Positions 1 through 9,948 of a DNA stretch of 32,000 nt are shown here, in pieces. How positions within the stretch are numbered: position 1 is the stretch's first letter; each line of letters opens with the position of its first letter. The stretch comes from Candidatus Saganbacteria bacterium (lineage in GTDB: Bacteria > Margulisbacteria > WOR-1 > JAKLHX01): the NCBI GenBank assembly GCA_026387835.1, contig JAPLKZ010000013.1:120001-152000 (forward strand). Direction: 5' to 3'. The position numbers and the translations under genes are program-made. The notes below the pieces were generated by a model. It was given only the letters and a program-made list of their open reading frames with translations, searched no databases and was not told the origin of the DNA.

Positions 1-291
1 GTGGTCGAATTTCTTTAAGGTTGCAAAATGCAACCTTAAACAATCCAATTCTTCCCATGTGAGTTGGAACATAAAATCTTTGGGAAATCTTGAAATATTT
101 CTATTTACTTGCTGTTTTAATCTTTTGATGCTTTCCTCATATAATGGAGCCAGGTCGGCATCCAACATGACTTTCTGGCCTCTTAAAAGGAAGATACTGG
201 ACTCTATTGATTCGGCGGAAATAATCATACTGTTGGATTTTTCAACATCTTGGTCTACGGATGCCTTTTTGTTACGCACACTTTTTGGCAT
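1..291 (-). CDS. ORF6N/KilA-N-type DNA-binding-domain protein, 5' part only (C-terminus beyond window edge)
   Basis: Manual reverse-strand translation from ATG at 291-289 is open to position 1 (97 codons): MPKSVRNKKASVDQDVEKSNSMIISAESIESSIFLLRGQKVMLDADLAPLYEESIKRLKQQVNRNISRFPKDFMFQLTWEELDCLRLHFATLKKFDH. The 'IFLLRGQKVMLDADLAxLY...KRLxxQVxRNxxRFPxDFMFQLTxEE' pattern is the ORF6N signature. A GAGAGG SD-like element lies upstream of the ATG. Not in the supplied ORF track. Confidence 0.85.
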   Translation of the reverse strand, partial: MPKSVRNKKASVDQDVEKSNSMIISAESIESSIFLLRGQKVMLDADLAPLYEESIKRLKQQVNRNISRFPKDFMFQLTWEELDCLRLHFATLKKFDH

Positions 292-403
292 AAATATCCT
301 CTCTTTCCCGGATCAAGGCTTAAAGCCAGCAGCTTACAAATGGTCAATGAGCAATTTATCCGCCACGACAAAGGCTCTATCGCTAGGGTTCTATTAGCAG
401 CAA

Positions 404-419
404 GCAGTCCGCAGACTGC
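404..419. repeat. small perfect inverted repeat GCAGTC-CGCA-GACTGC in the region between the ORF6N gene and carB
   Basis: Direct reading: GCAGTC (404-409), loop CGCA (410-413), GACTGC (414-419). Confidence 0.4.
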
Positions 420-453
420 GGAACTTGTTTCATCATAATTATTTTTTTCACCG

Positions 454-462
454 TGATATAAT
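454..462 (+). promoter_or_regulatory. extended -10 element TGaTATAAT abutting the carB start codon
   Basis: TG(454-455) A TATAAT(457-462). The carB ATG at 471 is 9 nt after the last T, and no SD is visible. Confidence 0.55.
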
Positions 463-470
463 TAGTTGAA

Positions 471-3400
471 ATGCCGAAAAGAAACGACATAAAAAAAATA
501 ATGCTCATCGGTTCCGGGCCGATCGTCATCGGCCAGGCGTGCGAGTTCGATTATTCGGGAACGCAGGCGTGCAAGGCCTTAAAAGAAGAAGGATACAAGA
601 TCATCCTTGTGAACAGCAACCCGGCGACAATAATGACGGACCCGGAGTTCGCTGACAGGACCTATATCGAACCGATAACACCGGAGATAGTTGAAAAAAT
701 AATAGCGATAGAAAGACCGGATGCTCTGCTTCCGACGATCGGGGGACAGACGGCCTTGAACACGACCGTGGCTTTAGGTGATTCAGGCGTCTTTAAAAAG
801 TACGGAGTCGAACTTATAGGCGCCAGCCTCGACTCTATAAAAAAAGCGGAGGACAGGCATCTTTTCAAGGAGGCCATGAAAAACATCGGCCTTAACATGC
901 CGAAAAGCTATTCTGTCTACAGTTCCGAAGAAGCGGTCAAGATTATCGGTGACATAGGGTTCCCGGCGATAATCAGGCCGGCTTTCACCCTGGGAGGCAC
1001 GGGCGGGGGGATCGCGTACAATATCGAAGAATTGAAAGAAAAAGTAGCTCAGGGTGTATTTCTGAGCAGGATCGGACAGGTCCTGATCGAGGAATCGGTC
1101 ATAGGATGGAAGGAATACGAGCTTGAGGTGATGCGCGACCTGAAGGATAATGTAGTCATAATCTGCTCGATAGAGAACTTCGATCCTATGGGCATCCACA
1201 CGGGAGACAGCATCACGGTCGCGCCCGCCCAGACGCTGACCGACAAGGAGTACCAAAGATTAAGGAATTATTCCATAGCCGTGATGAGGGAGATCGGAGT
1301 TGATACCGGCGGTTCTAACATCCAGTTCGCCGTAAATCCGGAGAACGGCAGGGTAGTAATAATAGAGATGAACCCGCGCGTCTCCAGAAGTTCGGCGCTC
1401 GCTTCAAAAGCGACAGGATTCCCGATAGCAAAGATCGCCGCCAAGCTTGCCGTGGGGTACACTTTGGACGAGATCCCTAACGACATCACAAAAAAGACCC
1501 CAGCCTCGTTCGAACCGACGATAGATTATGTAGTCACCAAGATCCCGCGGTTCGCTTTCGAGAAATTTCCCGGAGCCGACCAGACGCTCAATATACAGAT
1601 GAAATCAGTCGGAGAGGCAATGGCGATCGGAAGGACTTTTAAGGAATCGCTCCAGAAAGCTCTCAGATCGATCGAGACAGGCGCCTGCGGGCTTGATGAT
1701 ATCAAAGATGAAAAAGAAAAAAGCGTAAGCGGACACAGCGAAGATGAACAGTCGCTGCAATTATCGATCTATGACAGGCCTAAGACAGAGACCGGAGATA
1801 TACCGCTTGAAAAAATAAAAGAAAAGATCAGTATCCCCAATCCGGAAAGGCTGTTCTATATCAAAAAAGCATTTCAATCCGGCATTTCACTGGAAGACGT
1901 CTGCAAATTATCAAAGATCGACAAATGGTTCCTGGACAATATTTTGCAGATCGTCTCGATGGAGGAAAAGATCAAGAACGGGAAGTCCTCTGTAAAGATG
2001 ACCGGAGACAGGTACGATATTGATGCAAAATTATTACTGGAAGCGAAAAGATGCGGATTTTCTGACAAACAGATAGCAAGGATGTGGGATATGACCGAGC
2101 ATGAGGTGGCAAGTGCCCGAAAGAATGCCGGCATCATTCCGGCGTATAAGACGGTCGATACTTGCGCGGCGGAGTTCGAGGCGTATACACCATATTACTA
2201 TTCTACTTACGAAAAAGAGGACGAGGTCGCGCCGTGCAAAAAACCGAAGATCATGATCCTCGGGGGAGGGCCCAACCGGATCGGACAGGGCATCGAGTTC
2301 GATTATTGCTGCTGCCATGCCTCGTTCGCCCTGAAAGAGGACGGCTACGAGACTATAATGGTCAACTGCAATCCCGAAACTGTCTCGACAGATTACGATA
2401 CTTCCGACAGGCTGTATTTTGAGCCTATGACTTTTGAGGACATAATGCACATAGCGGAGCGCGAAAAACCCATCGGCGCGATAGTCCAGTTCGGCGGCCA
2501 GACGCCCCTTAAACTGGCGGTCCCGCTTGAGAAAGCCGGGCTGAAGCTTCTGGGGACATCGTCCGAATCAATAGATATAGCAGAGGACAGGAAAAGGTTT
2601 GAACAGATGCTTGAAAAACTGGAAATACCCCGTCCCAACAACGGGATGGCCATGTCTTACGAAGAAGCAAATGTTGTCGCAAAAAGAATCGGTTATCCAG
2701 TGCTGGTGAGGCCGTCATATGTCCTTGGAGGAAGAGCGATGCAGATAGTATATGATGACGGGATGCTGCGCGATTATATGAAGAACGCGGTGAACGTGTC
2801 TCCCGACCATCCTGTCCTGATCGACCAGTTCCTGGAGGATGCGATCGAGATCGACGTGGATTGTGTTTCGGACGGCAGGGATGTCATCATCGCAGGGATA
2901 ATGGAGCACATTGAAGAAGCGGGGATACACAGCGGTGACAGCGCATGCGTGCTTCCTCCGTTCTCCATCGGAGAAGAAATAATAAAAAAAATAAAAGAAT
3001 ACACCTATGCCATGGCTAAAAAGCTGAAGGTCTCGGGGCTCATGAACGTCCAGTACGCTATCAAAAGCGATAAAGTATATGTGCTTGAAGTGAACCCGCG
3101 CGCGTCGCGCACTGTCCCGTTCGTAAGCAAAGCGACCGGTGTCTCATGGGCGAAGATCGCGGCAAGGGTCATGGCAGGCAAGACTTTAAAAGAACTGAAA
3201 GTGAAGGAGGCAGTGCCTGATCATTTGTCTGTCAAAGAAGTGGTCCTCCCGTTCATAAAGTTTTCCAAACAGGATACCGTTCTTGGCCCGGAGATGAAAT
3301 CCACCGGCGAGGTCATGGGGATCTCGAACAACCTCGGTGAAGCGTTCGCAAAAGCCCAGATCGGTGCCGGAGAAAATATCCCGGTCAAAGGCACCGTTTT

Positions 3401-3785
3401 TATTTCTGTCAGGGACAGGGACAAACGTCCGATCGTCCCGATCGCAAAGATGCTGTCCACCCTGGGCTTTGATATCATCGCGACCGAAGGGACGGCAAAT
3501 GCCCTCGGCAGGTCGGGTATAGATGTGAGAAAAATAAAAAAAGTCAGCGAAGGCAGGCCGAACATAGCGGATGAGATAAAATCCGGGAAGATCGATCTTG
3601 TTATCAACACACCTCAGGGCAAAGGCCCGAGATCCGACGAATATTCGATCAGAAGAGAGGCGCTGCTCGGCAAAATACTGGTGGTAACGACCATCCCCGG
3701 CGCGCAGGCGATCACCGGGGCGATCGAATATTTGACAAAGTCACAGTTGACAGTGAAGGCGCTTCAGGAGTATTTTAGTAAATAA
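471..3785 (+). CDS. carB: carbamoyl-phosphate synthase large subunit
   Basis: 1104-aa ORF with duplicated ATP-grasp halves: [35 protein letters not shown]...TIGGQTALN...[22 protein letters not shown], then a second half with [20 protein letters not shown]...GGQTPLKLA. Confidence 0.98.
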   Translation: MPKRNDIKKIMLIGSGPIVIGQACEFDYSGTQACKALKEEGYKIILVNSNPATIMTDPEFADRTYIEPITPEIVEKIIAIERPDALLPTIGGQTALNTTVALGDSGVFKKYGVELIGASLDSIKKAEDRHLFKEAMKNIGLNMPKSYSVYSSEEAVKIIGDIGFPAIIRPAFTLGGTGGGIAYNIEELKEKVAQGVFLSRIGQVLIEESVIGWKEYELEVMRDLKDNVVIICSIENFDPMGIHTGDSITVAPAQTLTDKEYQRLRNYSIAVMREIGVDTGGSNIQFAVNPENGRVVIIEMNPRVSRSSALASKATGFPIAKIAAKLAVGYTLDEIPNDITKKTPASFEPTIDYVVTKIPRFAFEKFPGADQTLNIQMKSVGEAMAIGRTFKESLQKALRSIETGACGLDDIKDEKEKSVSGHSEDEQSLQLSIYDRPKTETGDIPLEKIKEKISIPNPERLFYIKKAFQSGISLEDVCKLSKIDKWFLDNILQIVSMEEKIKNGKSSVKMTGDRYDIDAKLLLEAKRCGFSDKQIARMWDMTEHEVASARKNAGIIPAYKTVDTCAAEFEAYTPYYYSTYEKEDEVAPCKKPKIMILGGGPNRIGQGIEFDYCCCHASFALKEDGYETIMVNCNPETVSTDYDTSDRLYFEPMTFEDIMHIAEREKPIGAIVQFGGQTPLKLAVPLEKAGLKLLGTSSESIDIAEDRKRFEQMLEKLEIPRPNNGMAMSYEEANVVAKRIGYPVLVRPSYVLGGRAMQIVYDDGMLRDYMKNAVNVSPDHPVLIDQFLEDAIEIDVDCVSDGRDVIIAGIMEHIEEAGIHSGDSACVLPPFSIGEEIIKKIKEYTYAMAKKLKVSGLMNVQYAIKSDKVYVLEVNPRASRTVPFVSKATGVSWAKIAARVMAGKTLKELKVKEAVPDHLSVKEVVLPFIKFSKQDTVLGPEMKSTGEVMGISNNLGEAFAKAQIGAGENIPVKGTVFISVRDRDKRPIVPIAKMLSTLGFDIIATEGTANALGRSGIDVRKIKKVSEGRPNIADEIKSGKIDLVINTPQGKGPRSDEYSIRREALLGKILVVTTIPGAQAITGAIEYLTKSQLTVKALQEYFSK

Positions 3786-3831
3786 CCTTGGTGAAGACGC
3801 CACGGAAATATTTTTTGAGGGAGGTGAAAAG

Positions 3832-3975
3832 ATGGAAGCATACTGCGTGAAATGCAAAAGCAAGAAAGAGATGAAAGATGCAAAGGAAGTCAAGCTTAAA
3901 AACGGGAGACCGGCTACGACAGGGACCTGCGGGACCTGCGGAACTAAAATGTTCAGAATAGGAGCGTCAAAGTAA
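3832..3975 (+). CDS. small zinc-ribbon-like protein (DUF5679-like), 47 aa
   Basis: Manual translation: MEAYCVKCKSKKEMKDAKEVKLKNGRPATTGTCGTCGTKMFRIGASK*, with paired CxxC motifs. Strong SD GGGAGGTGAAAAG precedes the ATG. Too short for the supplied ORF track. Ends 1 nt before dnaE. Confidence 0.85.
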   Translation: MEAYCVKCKSKKEMKDAKEVKLKNGRPATTGTCGTCGTKMFRIGASK

Positions 3976-3976
3976 A

Positions 3977-6900
3977 ATGTCCGGGGCCTCCGATTTTATC
4001 CACCTTCATGTCCACAGCGAATTCAGCCTTCTGGACGGAGCGTGCAGGATACGGGATATCATCAAGAAGGCCGGTAATCTGGGTATGGATGCGGTCGCGG
4101 TCACCGACCACGGTAACATGTATGCCGCGATCAGGTTCTACTTTGAAGCCAAAGCGGCCGGCATCCATCCCATAATCGGCTGCGAAGCGTATCTTGCGCC
4201 CAGGACGAGGTTTGATAAAGAGACAAAAGAAGACCGCTCGCCTTACCATATCACCTTGATAGCAAAGGATCTGATCGGTTACCACAATCTTTTGTCTCTT
4301 GTCACGCTGTCAAATACCGAAGGATTTTACTCAAAGCCCCGTATAGACAAGGACCTTTTGGCAAAATACGGCAAAGGACTTGTCGTGCTTTCGGGGTGTC
4401 TGGGGGGAGAGATACCTTCCCTTATTCTTTCGGGGAACCGGGACGAAGCGGAAAAGACCGCGTCCGATATGAAAGATATGTTCGGCGGCGATTTTTACCT
4501 CGAGGTCATGGACAACGACCTGCCGGAACAAAGACCGGTAAACAATGTTCTTTTTGAGATATCAAAAAAACTGGCCATCCCTTGTGTCGCCACCAATGAC
4601 TGCCATTATATCGATAAAGACGATTCCCCCGCCCAGGACACGCTGCTGTGCATAGGCACGGGAAGATTTGTCGACGAAGAATCCCGGATGAGGTTCGGAA
4701 GCAGCGAGTTCTACATGAAATCCGGGGAGGAAATGGCGGCGTTGTTCACGGATATGCCGGAAGCCATCAGCAATACCCGAGAAATAAGAGAAAAATGCGG
4801 TTTCAAGATCGAGACAGGGAAGCTCCATTTTCCTGATTTTCCGGTACCAAAAGGAGAGACTTCTTTTTCATTCCTTCGCGATCTTGCAGGAGAAGGGATA
4901 AAAAAGAGATACGGCAGTTCTCCGCGCAAAGAGGTCACGGACAGGCTGGAGTATGAACTTTCCGTGATCGACAAGATGGGATACGCGCCATTCTTTCTGG
5001 TTGTCCAGGATTTTATCAATTACGCTAAAGATAAAGGAATTGAAGTAGGCCCCGGAAGAGGTTCGGCTGCCGGAAGCATAGTCTCCTACGCTGTCGGGAT
5101 AACAGAGGTCGATCCCCTGAAATACAATCTGATCTTTGAAAGGTTCCTGAACATCGAGAGAGTCACCATGCCTGATATCGATACCGATTTCTGCTTCCAG
5201 CGGCGCCAGGAAGTCATCGATTATGTGATAAAAAAATACGGGGAGGACCATGTCGCGCAAATAATCACGTTCGGCACAATAAAAGCGCGCGCATCGATCA
5301 GGGATGTCGGCAGAGTCCAGAGAATGCCGCTTTCCGATGTGGACAGGATAGCAAAGCTTATCCCTGATTCTGTCGACGCGACCATAGATAAAGCCCTTTC
5401 ATCGGTAAAGGAATTCAAGGACTTGTACGAAAGCGATACTGCGACAAAGGACCTGATAGATACCGCGAGGACGCTCGAGGGACTGACAAGGCACGCGTCG
5501 GTCCATGCGGCCGGAGTGGTTATCTCGCAGAGGCCGCTTGTGGAATATGTCCCGTTGCAGCTCATGAACGAGACTCAGATGGTGACGCAATACTCTATGA
5601 AGGACCTGGAAAAAATAGGCCTACTGAAGATGGATTTTCTCGGCCTCAGGAACCTGACGATGATTGCTGAAGCAGTAAAACTTATAGAAAAAAAGACGGG
5701 GGCCAGGCCCGACATAAAAAATATCCCGTTTGATGACCAGCAGACATTTGACCTGCTCTCCAAAGGCGAGACGATGGGGATATTTCAGCTTGAAAGCCGG
5801 GGGATGAGGGCCTTGATCAAAGAACTGAAACCTGACAGGTTCGAGGATATCATTGCGTTGAACGCCCTCTACCGGCCGGGCCCTCTTGAAAGCGGTATGG
5901 CTAAGGATTTTACGGACAGGAAAAAAGGGCTGACAAAAACAAAATATGAACTTGCCGAACTTGAGCCGATACTAAAGGAGACATACGGCGTCATACTTTA
6001 TCAGGAGCAGGTAATGGAGATCGCCAGTTCGATCGCCGGATTTACGATGGGTGAAGCTGACGTTCTGCGTTATGCCATGGGCAAAAAAAATACCCGCGAA
6101 ATGGCAAAACAAAGGGAAAAGTTCATCAAAGGCACATTAGAAAAAGGGTTTTCTCAGAAGAAAGCTAAAGAGCTTTTTGATCTTTGTGAGCATTTCTCGG
6201 GATATGGCTTCAATAAATCACATAGCACAGCGTACTCGATAATCTCTTACCAGACAGCATATCTCAAAGCTCATTATCCGAAAGAATTCATGGCGGCGCT
6301 GCTGACCTCGGTCATCGGGGACACCGACAAGATAACCTCCTATATCGTGGAATGCTTGAGGATGGGCATCAGCGTCCTTCCGCCGGACATAAATGAGAGC
6401 GGGAGGGATTTTTCCGTGAGCGAAAAGGGTGTCCGTTTCGCGCTTGCGGCTGTGAAGAACATAGGGTTCAATGCGATAGACGCTATCGTCGCACAAAGGG
6501 CAGAATCGGGGAGTTTCGTTTCTTTTGAGAAATTTTGCGAGAGGATGGACCAGAGAGCGGTAAATAAAAAAGTCATCGAAAGCCTGATAAAATGCGGAGC
6601 TTTTGATTCTACCGGAGAGGACAGGGGCGTGCTGTTGTCACGATATGAAAAAGTATTATCCCGGGTCAACAAAGTTTCCTCTGTGCATCACAAGCGACAG
6701 ACCAACCTGTTCGGCGAGAGCGTCAACCTGTCCGCTGTCCAGGAAGAACCTGAAGCGGAAAATGCCGCGGTATTTTCAAAAGAGCAGATACTAAGGATGG
6801 AGAAAGAAATGCTAGGGGTGTATCTTTCCGGGCATCCCATGCAGGGCGTGAGCGAGCAGATGGAATTACTGTCAAATACCAAGATCTCCGACATAGCGCA

Positions 6901-7399
6901 TGAAAAAGAGGGTGCAAATGTCAGGGTCGGAGGGGTATTCAGCGGGGTGCGAAAGGTCACCACGCGCAAAAAAGAAACGATGGCGGTAGCGCGTTTTGAA
7001 GACCTTACGGGATCGATACAGGTCGTTATTTTTCCAAGGACCTATGAAAGGTATTCTTCCATGATAGTCGAGGATGTCCCTGTTATACTGAAAGGGAGAG
7101 CTGATTTTAAGAACGATGAACTGCAGGTGATCTGCGAGGAGATAGAGATCCTTGACAGGGTGAAGACAAAAAGGGGTATGCATATAGAGATACCTCAAAG
7201 GCTTCTGCAGGAAGATATCTCAAGGCTCAAGACCGTATTTGCGGTATTCCCGGGAGCGGAGGCTACATTCCTGCATATCGGCGGCAAGGTGATATCGGCT
7301 TCAGAGAACTACAGGATATCGATCTCTCCGGCCCTCATCGACCAGGTGGAAAAGATCACGGGTAAAGGATCTACATGGATAACGTTCCACGAGACTTAA
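3977..7399 (+). CDS. dnaE: DNA polymerase III subunit alpha
   Basis: 1140-aa ORF: N-terminal PHP domain (FIHLHVHSEFSLLDGACRIRDII...AVTDHGNMY), polymerase motif PDIDTDF, GPGRGSAAGSIVSYAVGIT, GYGFNKSHSTAYSIISYQTAYLK. Confidence 0.98.
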   Translation: MSGASDFIHLHVHSEFSLLDGACRIRDIIKKAGNLGMDAVAVTDHGNMYAAIRFYFEAKAAGIHPIIGCEAYLAPRTRFDKETKEDRSPYHITLIAKDLIGYHNLLSLVTLSNTEGFYSKPRIDKDLLAKYGKGLVVLSGCLGGEIPSLILSGNRDEAEKTASDMKDMFGGDFYLEVMDNDLPEQRPVNNVLFEISKKLAIPCVATNDCHYIDKDDSPAQDTLLCIGTGRFVDEESRMRFGSSEFYMKSGEEMAALFTDMPEAISNTREIREKCGFKIETGKLHFPDFPVPKGETSFSFLRDLAGEGIKKRYGSSPRKEVTDRLEYELSVIDKMGYAPFFLVVQDFINYAKDKGIEVGPGRGSAAGSIVSYAVGITEVDPLKYNLIFERFLNIERVTMPDIDTDFCFQRRQEVIDYVIKKYGEDHVAQIITFGTIKARASIRDVGRVQRMPLSDVDRIAKLIPDSVDATIDKALSSVKEFKDLYESDTATKDLIDTARTLEGLTRHASVHAAGVVISQRPLVEYVPLQLMNETQMVTQYSMKDLEKIGLLKMDFLGLRNLTMIAEAVKLIEKKTGARPDIKNIPFDDQQTFDLLSKGETMGIFQLESRGMRALIKELKPDRFEDIIALNALYRPGPLESGMAKDFTDRKKGLTKTKYELAELEPILKETYGVILYQEQVMEIASSIAGFTMGEADVLRYAMGKKNTREMAKQREKFIKGTLEKGFSQKKAKELFDLCEHFSGYGFNKSHSTAYSIISYQTAYLKAHYPKEFMAALLTSVIGDTDKITSYIVECLRMGISVLPPDINESGRDFSVSEKGVRFALAAVKNIGFNAIDAIVAQRAESGSFVSFEKFCERMDQRAVNKKVIESLIKCGAFDSTGEDRGVLLSRYEKVLSRVNKVSSVHHKRQTNLFGESVNLSAVQEEPEAENAAVFSKEQILRMEKEMLGVYLSGHPMQGVSEQMELLSNTKISDIAHEKEGANVRVGGVFSGVRKVTTRKKETMAVARFEDLTGSIQVVIFPRTYERYSSMIVEDVPVILKGRADFKNDELQVICEEIEILDRVKTKRGMHIEIPQRLLQEDISRLKTVFAVFPGAEATFLHIGGKVISASENYRISISPALIDQVEKITGKGSTWITFHET

Positions 7400-7420
7400 T
7401 CTCTTCAAGGAGGTGTAAAG

Positions 7421-7732
7421 ATGGAATTAAGATTTAACAAAGACGGGCTTGTCCCGGCCATCGCCCAGGATCATAAGACAGGGGATGTCCTGATGCTCGC
7501 CTACATGAACGCCGAGTCGCTTGAAAAGACCCTGAAAGACAAGAAGGCGTGGTACTGGAGCAGGAGCAGGAACAAACTATGGATGAAAGGGGAAACTTCC
7601 GGAAATGTCCAGCGGGTCAAGGAGGTCTTATATGACTGCGATGAGGACGCGATACTATTAAAGGTAGAGCAGACCGGACCTGCCTGCCATACCGGCAACC
7701 GCAGTTGTTTTTACAGGAAATTTGAATTATAA
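7421..7732 (+). CDS. hisI: phosphoribosyl-AMP cyclohydrolase (stand-alone HisI domain)
   Basis: [77 protein letters not shown]; SD AAGGAGGTG upstream. Confidence 0.96.
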   Translation: MELRFNKDGLVPAIAQDHKTGDVLMLAYMNAESLEKTLKDKKAWYWSRSRNKLWMKGETSGNVQRVKEVLYDCDEDAILLKVEQTGPACHTGNRSCFYRKFEL

Positions 7733-7733
7733 T
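7705..7733 (+). promoter_or_regulatory. putative sigma-70-type promoter for rplY (TTGTTT-N17-TATAAT), predicted leaderless
   Basis: TTGTTT 7705-7710, 17-nt spacer, TATAAT 7728-7733; rplY ATG at 7740, 7 nt after the -10. Confidence 0.5.
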
Positions 7734-7739
7734 TAATAT

Positions 7740-8486
7740 ATGGACAAAGTCGAACTGGAAGTAAAATTAAGAAAAGACAAACCTAACCGCGTCAGAAACA
7801 GCGGGGCAGTGCCTGCGGTAATCTACGGTAAGGATTTTGAGACCCTTTCCGTGGAAGTGGACGCTAAAAAGATGTCGACGCTTTTCGGCGCGGGATCAAA
7901 TAAAAACGTCCTGATAACACTGAAAGTCCATGACGGGAAAAAATTGTCGGACTTTCCGGTCCTGGCGCACGAAATACAAACTAATGCCTTGAACGACAAT
8001 ATCTCCCACATAGACTTCTTGAGAATAAACATGAAAGAAGAAATAAAGACAAAAGTATCCGTAATATCGATCGGTGAAGCCACAGGCGTGAAACTTGACG
8101 GCGGAATACTGGTACAGGCGCTCAGGCAGATAGAAGTAAAATGTCTGCCGGCAGACATACCCGGCAAGATCGAAATAGATGTAACGGCTTTGAAGATCGG
8201 CGATTCGATCCATGTCGGAGATATCACTCCTCCAAAAGGCGTGACGATCACGTCTACCAGGGACGATGTGGTCATCACGGTCACGATGCCGACCAAGGAA
8301 GAGGAAGTGGCCCCTGTTGCGGCCGCTGTCGTTGAAGGTGTGGTAACGGAGGAAGGCGCAGTGCCGGCAGAAGGTGCAGCGGCGGTTGAAGGCGCCGAAC
8401 CGCAAAAAGACAAAGATAAAGACAAGGAAAAAGTTCCTGCAGAAGCAGCGGCAAAAGCAAAAGCTCCTCAAAAACCATCTAAATAA
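7740..8486 (+). CDS. rplY: 50S ribosomal protein L25 / general stress protein Ctc, with low-complexity C-terminal tail
   Basis: VELEVKLRKDKPNRVRNSGAVPAVIYGKDFETLSVEVD...LVHAEIQT-like segment ...DNISHIDFLRINMKEEI...; the tail is Ala/Glu/Lys rich (KDKDKDKEKVPAEAAAKAKAPQKPSK). Confidence 0.9.
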   Translation: MDKVELEVKLRKDKPNRVRNSGAVPAVIYGKDFETLSVEVDAKKMSTLFGAGSNKNVLITLKVHDGKKLSDFPVLAHEIQTNALNDNISHIDFLRINMKEEIKTKVSVISIGEATGVKLDGGILVQALRQIEVKCLPADIPGKIEIDVTALKIGDSIHVGDITPPKGVTITSTRDDVVITVTMPTKEEEVAPVAAAVVEGVVTEEGAVPAEGAAAVEGAEPQKDKDKDKEKVPAEAAAKAKAPQKPSK

Positions 8487-8572
8487 AACAGAAAAATCAC
8501 CCGCAAGTTTAAGACCTTAGAAAGCGATATATTATATAGACAGCGGTGTTTTTGTCAGCCGCATTAGTTTCG

Positions 8573-8601
8573 TTGACTTTATTGCGGCGAGAAGGTATCA
8601 T
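8573..8601 (+). promoter_or_regulatory. putative sigma-70-type promoter upstream of the first gene of the flagellar cluster
   Basis: TTGACT (8573-8578), 17-nt spacer, TATCAT (8596-8601); downstream SD AAAGGAGGAG and ATG at 8624. Confidence 0.6.
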
Positions 8602-8623
8602 TTTGAAAAAGGAGGAGTAAGTC

Positions 8624-9934
8624 ATGGGCGAGATGGCCACAAGCGGAGGAGGCATCCATCCGGGTGCGCCTATAATATGGCCCACATTAAAACCCACTTC
8701 TTCTTCGCAGTCTCAAAGCCAGCAAACGCAGACGACCCAGACAACGGAGCAATCTTCGACGACATCTACGGCGCAGAGCAGCAGCCAGGCTGCCGCAACA
8801 TCGCAGTCATCTGCTGTCTCTCAGTCGGCGACCTCATCGGTCACAGTGACGAGCTCAGCTTCACCTCAGGTCAGGGAACTCACCGTAAATGACATAAAAA
8901 CCCATCTATTGTCTTTGCAGCTCGTAGATTCCGAAACAAACGTAAAACTGGCCTCACTGATGCTCAGGTTCGGCATCGAACTAAGCAGGGAAAATTTTGT
9001 AAAAGCCCTGGGGATGCTGGAGGGGACCGATAAATCGCTGAGTACCCAGGAATCAGCCCTTGTCCTATTGTCAAAGGGCATCACTGGGTCAAAAGAGGCT
9101 TTGACGATGCTCTCATCGCACCTGGCAGAGACTCCTGCGATCAGCAGCCAGCTTTCCTCTATCAAGAGCGCGATGAACCAGCTTTCCGGAGTCCTGGCAT
9201 CCAACCAGGCGCTTCTTTCACCGGTGATGGTATCCCAGCTGGCCGCCTTGCTGGCTCAATTCTCCGATGTGATCGAAGGGCTGCCAAAAAAATATAAATT
9301 CGGCAGTGAGAGCACGAATTCCATCGGAAGGGATGACCTGATAAATGATGTAAGAGCGTTAAAATCCCTGCTCGACGGTGTCCAGGAGAAAAACCTGTCG
9401 CAGGAAAACAAGACGACATCCGAAAACGAGGTTTTAAGATCAACAATGATGACGACTGCAAAAAAACTTGAAGGCCTTTTGGACAACCTTCTTTCGCAGG
9501 TCATTCTGAGCAAGAAATCCGCTGACGGTCAGCTGGGCAAGCAGGATTACCTTTATTATCAGATACCCAACAGCCTTGCGGACCCGGTAAAGACGATAGA
9601 CCTTATCATCAAGCGCGATCCAAACAGCAAAAACGCGGTGAACCCGGAAGATACGCAGATGGTGATAGGTCTTGAGACAGAGAACCTGGGCAAGATGGTG
9701 ATAGCTGTGACCCTGAAGGATAAATCAGTTAAGTTCCTTTTTAATACGGAGGTCGAAGCGACCAAAAAACTTGTCGATGAACAAAATATATTGATAAAAG
9801 AGACTCTCTCAGACAAAGGATATCATGTCGAGAATGTCTCTTCCCGCGTCAATACATCGATGTGCATAATCAAGCCTTACCTGATCCCGCTTCTGGGGCT
9901 TGACCATCTGTTCAGGATAGACAGTACTATTTAG
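8624..9934 (+). CDS. FliK-like flagellar hook-length control protein (tentative)
   Basis: 436-aa ORF with an S/Q/T-rich linker near the N-terminus. The C-terminal segment (LGKMVIAVTLKDKSVKFLFNTEVEATKKLVDEQNILIKETLSDKGYHVENVSSRVN) resembles the FliK C-terminal pattern. Adjacent to an FlhB-C-like gene. SD and promoter present. Confidence 0.45.
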   Translation: MGEMATSGGGIHPGAPIIWPTLKPTSSSQSQSQQTQTTQTTEQSSTTSTAQSSSQAAATSQSSAVSQSATSSVTVTSSASPQVRELTVNDIKTHLLSLQLVDSETNVKLASLMLRFGIELSRENFVKALGMLEGTDKSLSTQESALVLLSKGITGSKEALTMLSSHLAETPAISSQLSSIKSAMNQLSGVLASNQALLSPVMVSQLAALLAQFSDVIEGLPKKYKFGSESTNSIGRDDLINDVRALKSLLDGVQEKNLSQENKTTSENEVLRSTMMTTAKKLEGLLDNLLSQVILSKKSADGQLGKQDYLYYQIPNSLADPVKTIDLIIKRDPNSKNAVNPEDTQMVIGLETENLGKMVIAVTLKDKSVKFLFNTEVEATKKLVDEQNILIKETLSDKGYHVENVSSRVNTSMCIIKPYLIPLLGLDHLFRIDSTI

Positions 9935-9948
9935 ATCGGAAACGGAAA

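Noticed and set aside
59-438. Plus-strand track ORFs 59..397 and 250..438
   Set aside because: They lie antisense to the ORF6N gene, whose minus-strand translation has a clear domain signature. The forward products have no recognisable motif and no SD.
783-1256. Minus-strand ORF of 157 aa inside carB (with 2034..2450, 662..898 and similar)
   Set aside because: Shadow ORFs antisense to a strongly conserved CDS. Their products are Arg/Phe/Leu-rich with no domain signature, as expected for frames opposite a codon-biased gene.
3337-3522. Plus-strand 61-aa frame-shifted ORF inside carB (also 2162..2422, 26455..26637, 29018..29230)
   Set aside because: Out-of-frame readings of conserved genes with no start context or motif.
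3953-4285. Minus-strand 110-aa ORF at the start of dnaE
   Set aside because: Antisense to the conserved PHP domain of DnaE; no motif or SD.
7823-8478. Three overlapping minus-strand ORFs (up to 200 aa) across rplY
   Set aside because: Generated by the low-complexity tail and codon bias of rplY; the products are low-complexity Ser/Thr or Arg/Phe/Leu strings.
8524-8531. GCGATATA as a possible FliA (sigma-28) -10 upstream of the flagellar cluster
   Set aside because: Spacing to the nearest TTAA is 11 nt instead of about 15 and the match is imperfect. The TTGACT-N17-TATCAT promoter downstream is better.
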